Virus record (IMG/VR): IMGVR_UViG_3300023218_000158
DNA length: 44,610 bases
Strand: one strand, 5' to 3'
Source: a virus
Shown in pieces: positions 12,662-22,741 of this stretch (its first letter is position 1; each line of letters starts with the position of its first letter). The notes beneath the pieces were generated by a model. The model made no database searches. It was given only the letters and a program-made list of their open reading frames with translations, and was not told the origin of the DNA. Position numbers and translations under genes: made by a program.

Positions 12662-14577
12662 ACTTAGCAAGTGCTGAAAACTACAGAAATTATTTTGCTG
12701 AAGGGTTGAAACCCGACCCGATACTTAAGGTCAGTGAATGGGCTGACGAGCACAGAATTTTATCTCAAGTTTCGAGTGCTGAGCCGGGCCACTGGCGCAC
12801 TAGCCGCACGCCCTATTTAAAAGATGTCATGGACGATTTATCTGTCACGTCTCCGGTCCAGGAGGTCGTTTTTATGAAAGGCTCTCAAGTTGGCGGCACA
12901 GAATGCGGCAATAATTGGATTGGATACATAATAGACCACGCCCCTGGACCTATTATGTCAGTCATGCCACGAGTAGACGACGCCAAGAAAAATTCAAAAA
13001 TAAGACTCCAGCCTTTAATAGAAACTTGCGACCGGCTTCGAGAAAAAGTAAAAGATGCAAGGTCTAGAGATTCTGGCAATACAATTTTACAAAAAGATTT
13101 TCCGGGCGGAACTATTTTAATGACTGGCGCAAATAGCGCCGCAGGACTTCGGTCCATGCCTGTTAGATATTTATTTTTTGACGAAGAGGACGCCTACCCG
13201 GGCGACGTTGAAGGCGAAGGGGACCCGATTGAACTTGCGAAGAAAAGAACTAATACTTTTTCCAAAAAGAAAGTTTTCCACTGTTCAACTCCGACAGTAG
13301 AGGGGCGCTCTCGAATAGAGTTCAATTTTCAACTCACAGATCAATGCAGGTTTTTTGTGCCGTGCCTCCATTGCGGCCACATGCAATGGCTTCAATGGCA
13401 GCAACTTAAATGGGAAAAAGGCCAGCCAGAGACGGTCTATTATAAATGTGAAGAGTGTGAAGGCAAATTATACAACTGGCAGAAAACCAAGATGCTTTCT
13501 CGTGGTGAGTGGAGACCGACCGCAAAAAGCACTCATAGAAAAATCAGAGGCTATCATTTAAGTGCGCTTTACTCGCCAGTTGGTTGGTTAAGTTGGGAGG
13601 AGTGTGCTCGTCTTTGGGAGGAAGCTAATAAAGATAAAAACATAGAGAAGCTAAAAACCTTTATCAACACAATTTTAGGAGAGACGTGGAAGGATAAAGG
13701 TGAAGCGCCGGAGTGGAAAAAACTTTTTGATAGGAGGGAGGACTACCCGGCTAATAGTTTGCCGAATGGGGTTTGTTTTTTAACTGCGGGAGTGGACATT
13801 CAAAAAGACAGAATTGAAGTTGAAGTTGTAGGCTGGGGCCGGAGTAAAGAATCATGGTCTATAGACTATAGGGTTTTTATGGGGGACACGAGCACTCTCG
13901 ACGGAAACCCATGGAATGAGTTGGCGTCAATGCTTGGCGAAATATGGACGACAGAAGGCGGGGCGGAACTGGATATCAGAGTCATGGCGGTGGATTCCGG
14001 ATATAACACTCAAACAGCCTATTCGTTTGTCAGACAATTCCCTAAAAATAGAGTGATTGCAGTCAAGGGCTCGGATGCGCAGACTGTTATGGTTGGTCAG
14101 CCGAAAGCAGTTGACGTTAGACTTAGGGGCCGACGCAACAAGTTAAGAAAAGGGCTGATGCTTTTTACTGTTGGAAGTTCAATCATCAAGCAAGAGCTTT
14201 ATGGCTGGCTTAAATTAGAGCCGCCAAAAGAAGACGAGCCTGTGCCTTATGGGTACTGTCATTTCCCTGAATACGAGCAAGAGCATTTTAAGCAGTTGAC
14301 GGCAGAGGAGTTACAAGTCAAATTTATTCGAGGTTATAAAAAGCATGAGTGGGTTAAAAATTATGACAGGAATGAGCGTTTAGATTGCCGGGTGTATGCG
14401 CGAGCCGCAGCGAGTCTTTTTGGGATTGACAGATTTAAAGACACTAAGTGGAATCAGCTTGAGCAAGATGCTTTAGTTGTTAAAACTCAAGAGAGACAAA
14501 AACAAGAATCTGTGCAAAAATCTGAAAAAAAGCGCAAAAAAGTTAAGATTAAGCGCAGAAAATCAAATTTTATGTGA
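12658..14577 (+). CDS. terL: Terminase large subunit, lambda gpA family
   Basis: 639 aa. ATPase motifs (FMKGSQVGGTE; YLFFDEED), an internal Cys4 element CLHCGH...CEECEG typical of gpA-like terminases, and a basic C-terminal tail. Confidence 0.9.
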   Translation: MNLASAENYRNYFAEGLKPDPILKVSEWADEHRILSQVSSAEPGHWRTSRTPYLKDVMDDLSVTSPVQEVVFMKGSQVGGTECGNNWIGYIIDHAPGPIMSVMPRVDDAKKNSKIRLQPLIETCDRLREKVKDARSRDSGNTILQKDFPGGTILMTGANSAAGLRSMPVRYLFFDEEDAYPGDVEGEGDPIELAKKRTNTFSKKKVFHCSTPTVEGRSRIEFNFQLTDQCRFFVPCLHCGHMQWLQWQQLKWEKGQPETVYYKCEECEGKLYNWQKTKMLSRGEWRPTAKSTHRKIRGYHLSALYSPVGWLSWEECARLWEEANKDKNIEKLKTFINTILGETWKDKGEAPEWKKLFDRREDYPANSLPNGVCFLTAGVDIQKDRIEVEVVGWGRSKESWSIDYRVFMGDTSTLDGNPWNELASMLGEIWTTEGGAELDIRVMAVDSGYNTQTAYSFVRQFPKNRVIAVKGSDAQTVMVGQPKAVDVRLRGRRNKLRKGLMLFTVGSSIIKQELYGWLKLEPPKEDEPVPYGYCHFPEYEQEHFKQLTAEELQVKFIRGYKKHEWVKNYDRNERLDCRVYARAAASLFGIDRFKDTKWNQLEQDALVVKTQERQKQESVQKSEKKRKKVKIKRRKSNFM

Positions 14578-14584
14578 GGTTTTT

Positions 14585-14791
14585 ATGTCTTCAAGTTGGA
14601 CTCAGTCAGATTTAGATGCGATCGAGCAGGCAATTGCACAGGGCGTCAGGCGCGTTGAATATAATGATAGGACGGTTGAATACCGTTCTTTAAAAGAAAT
14701 GTTGCAAACTAGAGACTTAATCCGTAGGTCTCTGGGAAAAACTAAGCGTGCAAATCGGATTCTCTGCGAGGCAGACAAGGGAGTTGATTAA
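14585..14791 (+). CDS. Head-tail joining protein, gpW-like
   Basis: 68 aa from the ATG at 14585. SDLDAIEQAIAQGVRRVEYNDRTVEYRSLKEMLQTRDLI fits the gpW pattern. It lies between TerL and the portal as in lambda. Confidence 0.65.
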   Translation: MSSSWTQSDLDAIEQAIAQGVRRVEYNDRTVEYRSLKEMLQTRDLIRRSLGKTKRANRILCEADKGVD

Positions 14792-16359
14792 TGTCAGATA
14801 AAAAATCAAAAGTCGAGCTTACTTTATACGACAAATTTATCGGTTTTTTCTCTCCTAGAGCGCAGGCCCAGCGCATGAAATACAAAGCTTATTCCGATTA
14901 TTTACAAAGAAGTTATGAGGGGGCCTCTGCGGGGCGTCGGACTAAGGGGTGGGATGCTCCGAATCGTTCGGCGAATTCTGTAATTGCTAGCGGGCTTGTT
15001 AGACTAAGGGATAGGTCGAGAGATTTAATTAGAAACAATCCTTATGCTTCCCGAGGCATTCAGGTCATTACAAATAATGTTATAGGAAGGGGCATTGTTA
15101 CTCAGATAAAAGTAGACGACAACGCCCGGACAAATAGAAGAGAAGAGCAACTTAACGCCACTTGGAGAGCCTGGACCGAAACTAAAGCTATTGATTTTGA
15201 AGGCAAGCACGATTTGAAAGGGCTTCAAAGACTTATTATGCGCTCCGTTGCTGAAAGCGGCGAGGTCATTATAAGAAAAAGAAGAGTCGGAAGGCGCAGA
15301 GTTGTAGGCCCAGACGGGGTTGAAAGGGAAGTCCCTCCGATTGCTTATCAAGTTTTAGAAAGCGATTTTCTTGCTTCCAATAGACTTTCTGGCAGACTTC
15401 AGAACGGGAATTTTCTAAAGCAAGGAATTGAGATTGATTCTGCAGGGCGGGTTGTTGCGTATCATCTTTTCAAAGAGCATCCCGGCGGAGTTGATGTTTT
15501 CACAAATTCAAATTTTAAGACTGTCAGAGTGCCGGCTGGAGAGATAAGGCATCCTTACAGAATCGACCGCCCGGGGCAATTAAGAGGGGTCCCTTGGCTT
15601 GCCCCGGTAATGTTACGTCTCAGAGATTTTGACTTATATGAGGACGCGCAACTTAAAAGACAACAATGCGCGGCAATGTTTACGGCTTTTGTTCACGATT
15701 TAGAGGCTTTCGACGAAACTGCAGAGGCTGAAGAGGAGACAGAACTTGGCGAAAAGTTAGAGCCAGGGCTCATTGAAATTTTATCGCCGGGAAAAGATAT
15801 TAAGTTTACAAACCCTCCCAGCCCAGACAATTACAAAGAATATACTTCTGTTGTTTTACACTCCATTGCGACAGGCTTAGGGATAACATTCGAGTCCCTA
15901 ACAAGTGATTTCAGTGAAGTGAATTTTTCAAGTGCGCGCATGGGGTTTTTAGAAATGCAAAGAAATATCGACACATGGCGCAATAATGTCATAATTTCTG
16001 ATTTTTTAGAGCCTGCAGTTGAGGATTTTAAAGAAGGGGCGGAGGTTTTAGGTTTAAATGTTCGGAATGCTCGCGCAGTCCACACGCCTCCTAGAAGAGA
16101 AATGATAGACCCGACCAAAGAAGTCGGTGCTCTTAAAACTGCCGTAAGAAGTGGTTTTAAAACTATTAGCGATGCGATTCGAGAAGGCGGCCAAGACCCA
16201 GACACTCATTTTGAAGAGCTTAGAAAAGATAACGAACGGCTTGACGAGCTTGGTTTAATTCTGGACACTGACCCTCGTAAGGTTAATAATAGTGGGAGCA
16301 TAAATGAAGCCAATTCGACGGAAGGCGGGGGCAATGAGACTAATATCAATGACGATTAG
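14791..16359 (+). CDS. Portal protein (lambda gpB family)
   Basis: 522 aa with a TAATG overlap to gpW. Size, position and conserved stretches (YEGAS.GRRT.GW, NNPYA.RGI) are typical of lambda-type portals. Confidence 0.88.
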   Translation: MSDKKSKVELTLYDKFIGFFSPRAQAQRMKYKAYSDYLQRSYEGASAGRRTKGWDAPNRSANSVIASGLVRLRDRSRDLIRNNPYASRGIQVITNNVIGRGIVTQIKVDDNARTNRREEQLNATWRAWTETKAIDFEGKHDLKGLQRLIMRSVAESGEVIIRKRRVGRRRVVGPDGVEREVPPIAYQVLESDFLASNRLSGRLQNGNFLKQGIEIDSAGRVVAYHLFKEHPGGVDVFTNSNFKTVRVPAGEIRHPYRIDRPGQLRGVPWLAPVMLRLRDFDLYEDAQLKRQQCAAMFTAFVHDLEAFDETAEAEEETELGEKLEPGLIEILSPGKDIKFTNPPSPDNYKEYTSVVLHSIATGLGITFESLTSDFSEVNFSSARMGFLEMQRNIDTWRNNVIISDFLEPAVEDFKEGAEVLGLNVRNARAVHTPPRREMIDPTKEVGALKTAVRSGFKTISDAIREGGQDPDTHFEELRKDNERLDELGLILDTDPRKVNNSGSINEANSTEGGGNETNINDD

Positions 16360-16696
16360 TGTTTTTATTTGCATTTTCTTTTCTTTTAATGCTTTTTCAA
16401 CTCCAAAAGCTAAAGTTGCTACCCTGCAAAAAACTGTTGCTTCTAGTGCAACCCCGGAGCCTATTTCGGCGTCTTCTTTAAAAGTTAAAAGTGTTATTAT
16501 TCAATCTATGGATTCGAATTCTTCGGAGCAACGTCTAGTTTTGTCTTCTACAGAGCCCGACAGAAATTTTTTTGAAATGCCTTCTGTTGAGAATAATGGA
16601 ACGCCTCTTTTATATGACCTAAATGACATTTATATAGATGTTGAAGTCAACGGCGAGGGCGTTAATGTGTTATATGTTATAGATAGCCTTAATTAA
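16334..16696 (+). CDS. Secreted small protein (signal peptide) inserted between the portal and protease genes
   Basis: MRLISMTISVFICIFFSFNAFS-TP looks like a Sec signal peptide. An alternative start at 16304 adds a basic n-region. No homology recognised. Confidence 0.5.
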   Translation: MRLISMTISVFICIFFSFNAFSTPKAKVATLQKTVASSATPEPISASSLKVKSVIIQSMDSNSSEQRLVLSSTEPDRNFFEMPSVENNGTPLLYDLNDIYIDVEVNGEGVNVLYVIDSLN

Positions 16697-16705
16697 GGAG
16701 ACCGC

Positions 16706-19012
16706 TTGGTTATGAAAAAACTTTCTTACAAAAGATTTGAAGAAAACGGACGTTTCTATAGACAATTTGACAAAGAACCGCTTTCTTTTATGCGTGAAAT
16801 TCAAGGCGCAATTCAGATAAGAAAAGAGCCGTCTGGCTTAGAAATTAGACAAGAGCCCGGTGTGCCTTCAGAAAACAACAATCGAACTTTTCGGGCTATT
16901 TGGACAACCGGGGCGCGGGTCTACCGTATGGGTTTTGAAGGGCCTTTTGGCATGGAGCTTTCTTTAGCGAGCGAGCATGTACGAATGGGCAGGCTGAAAA
17001 GCGGAGCGCCTGTTTTAGACAACCACGATTCGGCAAATCTTTGCGGAGTCGCTTCTGGTTTACATGGTAGGTCAAAGGGGCAAATCGGAGTTGTCGAAAA
17101 TGCGGACCTTAGTGCGGACAAAGGTCTTGCCGACTTAAGACTTTCTCGCAGAAAAGATGTCGACGACATTGCTTTAGACATGCAGGACGGAATTATAAGA
17201 AATATTTCAGTTGGGTTTAATATCCATAAAGTTGAAGAGCTTGGCGAAGACGAGGACGGCATCCCTGTTTTTCGGGCAGTTGATTGGGAGCCGATGGAAA
17301 TATCGCCTGTTAAAGTCAACGCAGACGCACCGGCTCAAACTGTCAGAAATTTAGTTGATGAACTTTGCGAAAAGGCTTTAATTAATGAAGAGGATAAAAG
17401 AAAACTAAGGTCTGTTTTATCCGAAGAAAAAAATCGGACTGCCGATTCTGTTGAGTTCGAAGACGAAAAAGAAGCCTCCGAGCCTTCAAATGAAGAGGCC
17501 GAGGAGGTCCGGCAGGATGACAACGCAATTAGTAAAAATAAAGGGGTTGAAAATCCCGAAAAAGTAGGGGAAACTCATTTCATACAGGAGAGAGAAGAAA
17601 TGCCAAAAGAGAATCAAAAACCTGAACAGGACACTCAACAATTAACTCAAGAAGCTCGCGAGCAAGAAAAGAAGCGGGCAAAAGACATTCGTTCGATTGT
17701 CTCGAAAATCGGCTTAGAGGAAAAATATTCTGAGCAGTGGATTGACGAAGACAAAACGGTTGACGAAGTCAGAACTCTTGCGATTGACCTTATGGCTGAA
17801 AGGGACAGTGCCCAAGAAAATGAAACACGTTCCGACTCTCCGGTTGAGGTTGGCGAAGACTTGTCTCGCAAGGGCCGGGTCGAAGGCATGACAAATGCTC
17901 TTTTGCATCGGCATAGACCCCAAAGCGAGTGGTTAAGACACAACGGCGCTTCGTTTAAAGCTCGTGCTTACGAACTAAATGAGGCGGGCCGACAGTTTGC
18001 TTATTTGTCTCTTGTCGACATGGCAAGAGCTTGCTTAGAAGCAAATAACATAAGAACTGCCGGCAAGAGTAAACAACAAATCGCTTCTGATGCGTTGAAA
18101 ATGCGGTCTTTACATTCTATTAGTGATTTTCCCGAAATTTTAGCTAATGTGGCTAACAAAACTTTGCGCGACGGCTACACTCAAGCGCCTCGCACTTTTA
18201 TGCCTTTTACTAGAGAAGTTTCGGTTTCTGATTTCAAAGAAATAAGTCGAACAAATTTGAGTGCAGCCCCCGAACTTCAAGAAGTTCCCGAGGGAGGAGA
18301 GATTCAACGCGGAAACATGGATGAAGCGGCTGAGAAATACAGCATTGCTGAGTTCGCTCGCATTGTCGGAATTACTCGAAGAGTTATTATAAATGATGAT
18401 TTGTCGGCTTTTACCCGAATTCCTGAAAGAATGGGGCGGCGAGCCGCCGATCTTGAATCAGATCTTGTTTGGGACATTTTTAAAGACAACGCAAATTTAG
18501 CTGACGGAATTGCACTTTTCGCCGCTCAACATGGGAACCTTGCGACCGACGCCGGCGCTCCTAATGAGGGCCGATTAGCTGATGGCCGAGCGGCAATGCG
18601 TCGCCAAAAAGGTCTCAAAGACGAAGAGATTTCTCTTGTGCCAAGTTGGCTTTATGTTCCACCGGCGCTCGAAACCAGTGCTGAAAAACTTGTTGCGAAC
18701 GTGACTCCTGACAGTTCTACTAATGTAAGCCCTTTTTCTGCTAGCGGTAGAACTCCTTTGCAGCTTGGAGTCGAGCCGCGTTTAGAAAACGAGTCGCGTG
18801 CGGGGACCGCCGGGTCATTAACCGCTTGGTTTATGACTGCCGACCTTGGACAGATTGACATGATTGAGCTTGCCCGGTTGGAAGGGGCTGACGGCCCGCA
18901 GACAGAGTCTAGAGACGGATTTGACGTTTCGGGCGTAGAAATAAAAGTTATGCATGATGTTGGTGCGAAAGCGATTGATTTCCGAGGACTTTTCAAAAAC
19001 GCTGGGGCTTAA
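16706..19012 (+). CDS. Prohead protease - acidic scaffold-like linker - major capsid protein fusion
   Basis: 768 aa (TTG at 16706 or ATG at 16712, after an AAGGAG SD). The N-terminal ~210 aa resemble an HK97-type prohead serine protease (FRAIWTTG...LDNHD...ISVGF...EISPV). Residues ~210-400 are E/K/D-rich. The C-terminal ~330 aa look like an HK97-fold capsid protein (IAEFARIVGITRRVIINDDLSAF...). Confidence 0.8.
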   Translation: MVMKKLSYKRFEENGRFYRQFDKEPLSFMREIQGAIQIRKEPSGLEIRQEPGVPSENNNRTFRAIWTTGARVYRMGFEGPFGMELSLASEHVRMGRLKSGAPVLDNHDSANLCGVASGLHGRSKGQIGVVENADLSADKGLADLRLSRRKDVDDIALDMQDGIIRNISVGFNIHKVEELGEDEDGIPVFRAVDWEPMEISPVKVNADAPAQTVRNLVDELCEKALINEEDKRKLRSVLSEEKNRTADSVEFEDEKEASEPSNEEAEEVRQDDNAISKNKGVENPEKVGETHFIQEREEMPKENQKPEQDTQQLTQEAREQEKKRAKDIRSIVSKIGLEEKYSEQWIDEDKTVDEVRTLAIDLMAERDSAQENETRSDSPVEVGEDLSRKGRVEGMTNALLHRHRPQSEWLRHNGASFKARAYELNEAGRQFAYLSLVDMARACLEANNIRTAGKSKQQIASDALKMRSLHSISDFPEILANVANKTLRDGYTQAPRTFMPFTREVSVSDFKEISRTNLSAAPELQEVPEGGEIQRGNMDEAAEKYSIAEFARIVGITRRVIINDDLSAFTRIPERMGRRAADLESDLVWDIFKDNANLADGIALFAAQHGNLATDAGAPNEGRLADGRAAMRRQKGLKDEEISLVPSWLYVPPALETSAEKLVANVTPDSSTNVSPFSASGRTPLQLGVEPRLENESRAGTAGSLTAWFMTADLGQIDMIELARLEGADGPQTESRDGFDVSGVEIKVMHDVGAKAIDFRGLFKNAGA

Positions 19013-19036
19013 TTAAAAAATTTGGAGGCATAAAGA

Positions 19037-19366
19037 ATGAAAAATTTTATTGCAAAAGGTGACACTTTAGAACTAACGGCCCCTGCGGGCGGTGTGGTGA
19101 GCGGGAGCCCGGTCCTTATCGGGTCCTTGCTAGTTATCCCTGTGGCCGACGCCGCAGTTGGCGAAAAATTTGCTGGACTTGCTGAAGGCGTGGCGGATGT
19201 TGCTAAACTTTCAAGTGATGTTGTGGTCGAGGGCGATAAGCTAAATTGGAACGACACTAATAATGAGCTTCAAAAAGCAACTTCTGACTTGGACAATGTG
19301 GCCACGGCAGTTGAAGCTAAAGGCAGCGGCGAAACTTCTGTAAAAGTTAAGCTGACACAGGTTTAA
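19037..19366 (+). CDS. DUF2190-like head decoration protein candidate
   Basis: 109 aa, Gly/Val/Ala-rich beta protein (GDTLELTAPAGGVVSGSPVLIGSLLVIPVADAAVGEKF). It lies immediately after the capsid gene. Confidence 0.6.
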   Translation: MKNFIAKGDTLELTAPAGGVVSGSPVLIGSLLVIPVADAAVGEKFAGLAEGVADVAKLSSDVVVEGDKLNWNDTNNELQKATSDLDNVATAVEAKGSGETSVKVKLTQV

Positions 19367-19382
19367 TCTGAGGGGGTAAAAA

Positions 19383-19715
19383 ATGCCTCCGACTGATTTT
19401 GACTCTCTAGCCAGTCGCGCTTTTGATTCAATTAAAGGCGCTATTGGCAAAGATGCTCTTTACAAGCCCAAAGCTGGCGGCATAATCCCAATAAGAGGAG
19501 TTTTCGACGATCGGGCTCAAGAAGTTGACCCCGACACTGAGAGAGTTGTTTCTTCAAATATCTATTCTTTTGGAATTAATGAGCAAGATTTACCGGCAGA
19601 GCCGCAAAAAGGCGACCAAGTTGTTATTGATGAAATAACTTATAAAGTTATTGATTCTCAAGAGGACGGCGTGCCGGGGGTGAGCACTGTTCTAATTTTA
19701 CATAAGGTAACTTAA
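19383..19715 (+). CDS. Head-tail connector/adaptor candidate
   Basis: 110 aa. The call rests mainly on position (between capsid and sheath) and a beta-rich sequence. Confidence 0.45.
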   Translation: MPPTDFDSLASRAFDSIKGAIGKDALYKPKAGGIIPIRGVFDDRAQEVDPDTERVVSSNIYSFGINEQDLPAEPQKGDQVVIDEITYKVIDSQEDGVPGVSTVLILHKVT

Positions 19716-19719
19716 ATTT

Positions 19720-20310
19720 ATGGCTGTTGAAGTCCAACCGGCAAAGCTTAGAAAAAAGATAAGAAAAACAGTGGCCGCGCTATTGAAAGGCAAGACTGAC
19801 GCAGGGGACAAAGTTTTTCCCAATGCCACAGTGCCTCCTTGGGAGGAAAACTTGCCAGTCATTTTAGTTTATACAAGAAGCGAGCCGGTCGACAAATACG
19901 CGGAAGCGCCTAGAGAGCTTGAAAGGAATTTGCAACTCACGATTGAAATTGTTGCGGCGGGTCCAGAAGTAGACGAGGACGGAAACGAGCCTGCGGGTAA
20001 AAGTCTAGAAGACATATTAGACGATATTGCGGAGCAAGTTGAGGTTGAAATGAGTCGAGACGAGACTTTTGGCGGTGAAGCGGACGACAGTATTTTAGCA
20101 AATACTGAGCTTGAATTTGACGGCGGCGGAGGGCAACCGATTGGCTCTTCTAGGCTTACTTACACAATAACTTATTACACAATGCGCCCTGACAATGTGG
20201 ACAAACAAATTGAAATTAATGATTTTGAAAAAGCAGAGGTTGACTGGGACATTAATCAAGACGATTCTACTATCGAGGCCGAGGACACTATTGATTTACC
20301 CACAAGCTAA
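19720..20310 (+). CDS. Neck / tail-completion candidate
   Basis: 196 aa with an acidic middle region. The call is position-based only. Confidence 0.4.
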   Translation: MAVEVQPAKLRKKIRKTVAALLKGKTDAGDKVFPNATVPPWEENLPVILVYTRSEPVDKYAEAPRELERNLQLTIEIVAAGPEVDEDGNEPAGKSLEDILDDIAEQVEVEMSRDETFGGEADDSILANTELEFDGGGGQPIGSSRLTYTITYYTMRPDNVDKQIEINDFEKAEVDWDINQDDSTIEAEDTIDLPTS

Positions 20311-20325
20311 AGGTAAGCTAGGTTT

Positions 20326-20550
20326 ATGAAAAAATTTGAAAAAGAAATCATAGTCGAAATAAAACAAAGTTTTTTGAATCCAATAAACAACCGCATGGCT
20401 CAAGTTGGCGACCACATGCGAGTGCCTAATAACCAGTTTTGGTTAAGAAGGCTTGCTCAAAAAGATTGCGCAAAAGCGAAATCTTTGCGCCCTAAAAAGG
20501 CACAAGAAAAGGTTGCTAAAAAAGAGTTGAAAGCGGAAAAAAAGGGGTAA
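20326..20550 (+). CDS. Hypothetical basic protein (74 aa)
   Basis: ORF with a Lys-rich C-terminus. No motif recognised. Confidence 0.45.
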   Translation: MKKFEKEIIVEIKQSFLNPINNRMAQVGDHMRVPNNQFWLRRLAQKDCAKAKSLRPKKAQEKVAKKELKAEKKG

Positions 20551-20556
20551 TTGCTC

Positions 20557-22032
20557 ATGGCTATCACATTTTTACAAGTCCCTGTCGGCGTTAAAGTCCC
20601 AGGCGTTTACACTGAATTTGACACAAGCAAGGCTCGTCAAGGGGCTGCGATTCAAAACCGCCGAGTTTTGTTGATCGGCCAAAAACTTTCTGGCGGAAGT
20701 AAAGCTGCAGGGCAAATCGACATCATTTCAAGCGAAGGTCAAGCAAGAGATTTCTACGGAAAAGGTTCAATGCTTTTCCACATGGTAAAGGCTTTCATTC
20801 GAGAAAACGGCGGACTTAATGAGTTAAAAGCAATTGCTCTTGACGACGATGGCGGCGGAGTTAAGGCTGCCGGAAGTTATGAAATTTTAACTGCGCCCAG
20901 TGACGCAGGTACACTTTCTTTGTACATCGGGGGCAGGCGCTACAGAGTGGCAGTTGCCTCTGCCGATACTGAGGCAGACATCATTTCTAATTTAGTAACT
21001 GAAATTCAGGCTGACGAAGACCGACACGTGGACGCCGCAATTAATGGCAGTAATGCCGATTTAATGGACATAACCTACCGCCATGCTGGCGAAGTTGGAA
21101 ACGACATCGATATTCGCGAAAATTATAATTCTGGCGAAGAGCTTCCTGCGGGAGTAACTTCAACAATTACTGCAATGAGCGGAGGCTCTGCAAATCCTGA
21201 CATCTCAAGCGTGATTACCGCAATGGGCGAAGAGCAATTCCACGACATCGCAATGCCTTATTCTGACAGTTCGAATCTTGGCGCAATGGAGACTGAATTA
21301 AAAGACCGCTGGGGCCCAATCAGACAAAATGACGGGCAGCTTTATTTTTCTCGAAAGGAAAGCTTTGCTGCGCATTCAACTTTCTTGGACTCAAGAAATA
21401 ATGAGCAGGAAACGACTATGCGAATTGCAGGACCTACTCCTCAATTTGAGTGGTCAGCTAATATTGCAGCTTTGGTTGCTCAGAGCGCACAAGCGGACCC
21501 GGCATTACCTTTTGAGAGTTTGGCCTTAAGTCAAGTTTTAGCTCCTGAAAAAGATGAACTTTTAACTTTTGGCGAACGCGATCAACTTTTAAAAGCGGGC
21601 TCGTCGACTTTTACAGTAGACGGCAGCGGAAATGTCCGCTTGGAGCGGATGCGAACAACTCGCATCGAAAACGAATTTTCCGCCCCGGACGAAGCTTTGG
21701 CCGACTTAAATCCTAAATTGACTCTTGGTTATTTAAGATTTGATTTTAACGCTAATTGGCGCACAAAATTTGCCCGTTTTAAATTAGCTAAGGACGGGAC
21801 TCGTTTTGGCCCGGGCCAAAGAATCATTACTCCTAAAATCGGGCGGGCCGAAGCAATTGCTCGTTTTAGGCTTTGGGAAGAACTCGGTTTAGTGGAAGGC
21901 GTTGACCAATTTAAAAGAGATTTAATTGTTGAAATTGATTCTCAAGACGTCAACCGTTTGAATTTACTATTGCCGCCTGATTTGATTAATCAACTTCGAG
22001 TTACTGGCGTGCAAATTGGCTTTTTACTTTAA
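20557..22032 (+). CDS. Contractile tail sheath protein (Mu gpL-like)
   Basis: MAITFLQVPVGVKVPGVYTEFDTSKA...RVLLIGQK N-terminus is typical of Mu-type sheaths. ~490 aa, followed by the tube gene. Confidence 0.88.
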   Translation: MAITFLQVPVGVKVPGVYTEFDTSKARQGAAIQNRRVLLIGQKLSGGSKAAGQIDIISSEGQARDFYGKGSMLFHMVKAFIRENGGLNELKAIALDDDGGGVKAAGSYEILTAPSDAGTLSLYIGGRRYRVAVASADTEADIISNLVTEIQADEDRHVDAAINGSNADLMDITYRHAGEVGNDIDIRENYNSGEELPAGVTSTITAMSGGSANPDISSVITAMGEEQFHDIAMPYSDSSNLGAMETELKDRWGPIRQNDGQLYFSRKESFAAHSTFLDSRNNEQETTMRIAGPTPQFEWSANIAALVAQSAQADPALPFESLALSQVLAPEKDELLTFGERDQLLKAGSSTFTVDGSGNVRLERMRTTRIENEFSAPDEALADLNPKLTLGYLRFDFNANWRTKFARFKLAKDGTRFGPGQRIITPKIGRAEAIARFRLWEELGLVEGVDQFKRDLIVEIDSQDVNRLNLLLPPDLINQLRVTGVQIGFLL

Positions 22033-22044
22033 GGGGGGCTTTAA

Positions 22045-22410
22045 ATGAATAGAAGAGTTGGTGGCTTATTGTTTTTGAAAGTAAACGGCGAGCTGTTTCA
22101 AGCAAAAGGTGAGTTTACTCATAATATAAACCCGGTAAAACGCGAAAGTGTTGTAGGGCAGGACGGCGTTCACGGTTTCAAAGAAGAGCCAAAAGTTCGA
22201 TTTATTGAAGGTTCTATCACGGACTCTGATGAGTTAGATTTAGAGGACTTTTATCAAATCAGAGACGCCACTATAACTTTGGAGCTAGCTAACGGGAAAG
22301 TTGTTGTTTTAAGAGAAGCTTTTTACGCGGCTGACGGAGACGTGACGACTTCTGAGGGTGAAATTCAGGTCCGTTTTGAAGGAATCAGCGGCGAAGAGGT
22401 AAGAGGATAA
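22045..22410 (+). CDS. Tail tube protein (Mu gpM-like)
   Basis: 121 aa. Size, position and the pattern LFLKVNGELFQAKGEFT...ITLELANGKV. Confidence 0.8.
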   Translation: MNRRVGGLLFLKVNGELFQAKGEFTHNINPVKRESVVGQDGVHGFKEEPKVRFIEGSITDSDELDLEDFYQIRDATITLELANGKVVVLREAFYAADGDVTTSEGEIQVRFEGISGEEVRG

Positions 22411-22432
22411 ACAATTAAATAGTGGAGGAGCC

Positions 22433-22741
22433 ATGTCAGAAGAAAAGAAGCGTCAAAAGCTTAAAAAAGTCCAAGAAATTACGGTAGAACTAGAAGACCC
22501 TATTGAGTGGGGCGAAGAAACTATTGAAAAGTTAGTTTTAAAACGACCTAAAGCCAAAGACATGGAGCACTTGCCTGCGGACCCCACGTTTAAAGACTTA
22601 CTTTTAATGGCGCAAAAATGTGCAAGAGTACCTCGAAAAGTAATCCAAGATTTAGATTCTGAGGACGCGATTTCTGTTGTGGAGGCGGTTTCGGATTTTT
22701 TAGACAGTGGCCAGAAGATTGGCTCTCGTCACTCGTATTGA
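22433..22741 (+). CDS. Tail assembly chaperone (P2 gpE / Mu gp41-like), short form
   Basis: 102 aa directly upstream of the tape measure gene. IEWGEETIEKLVLKRPKAKDM motif. Confidence 0.8.
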   Translation: MSEEKKRQKLKKVQEITVELEDPIEWGEETIEKLVLKRPKAKDMEHLPADPTFKDLLLMAQKCARVPRKVIQDLDSEDAISVVEAVSDFLDSGQKIGSRHSY

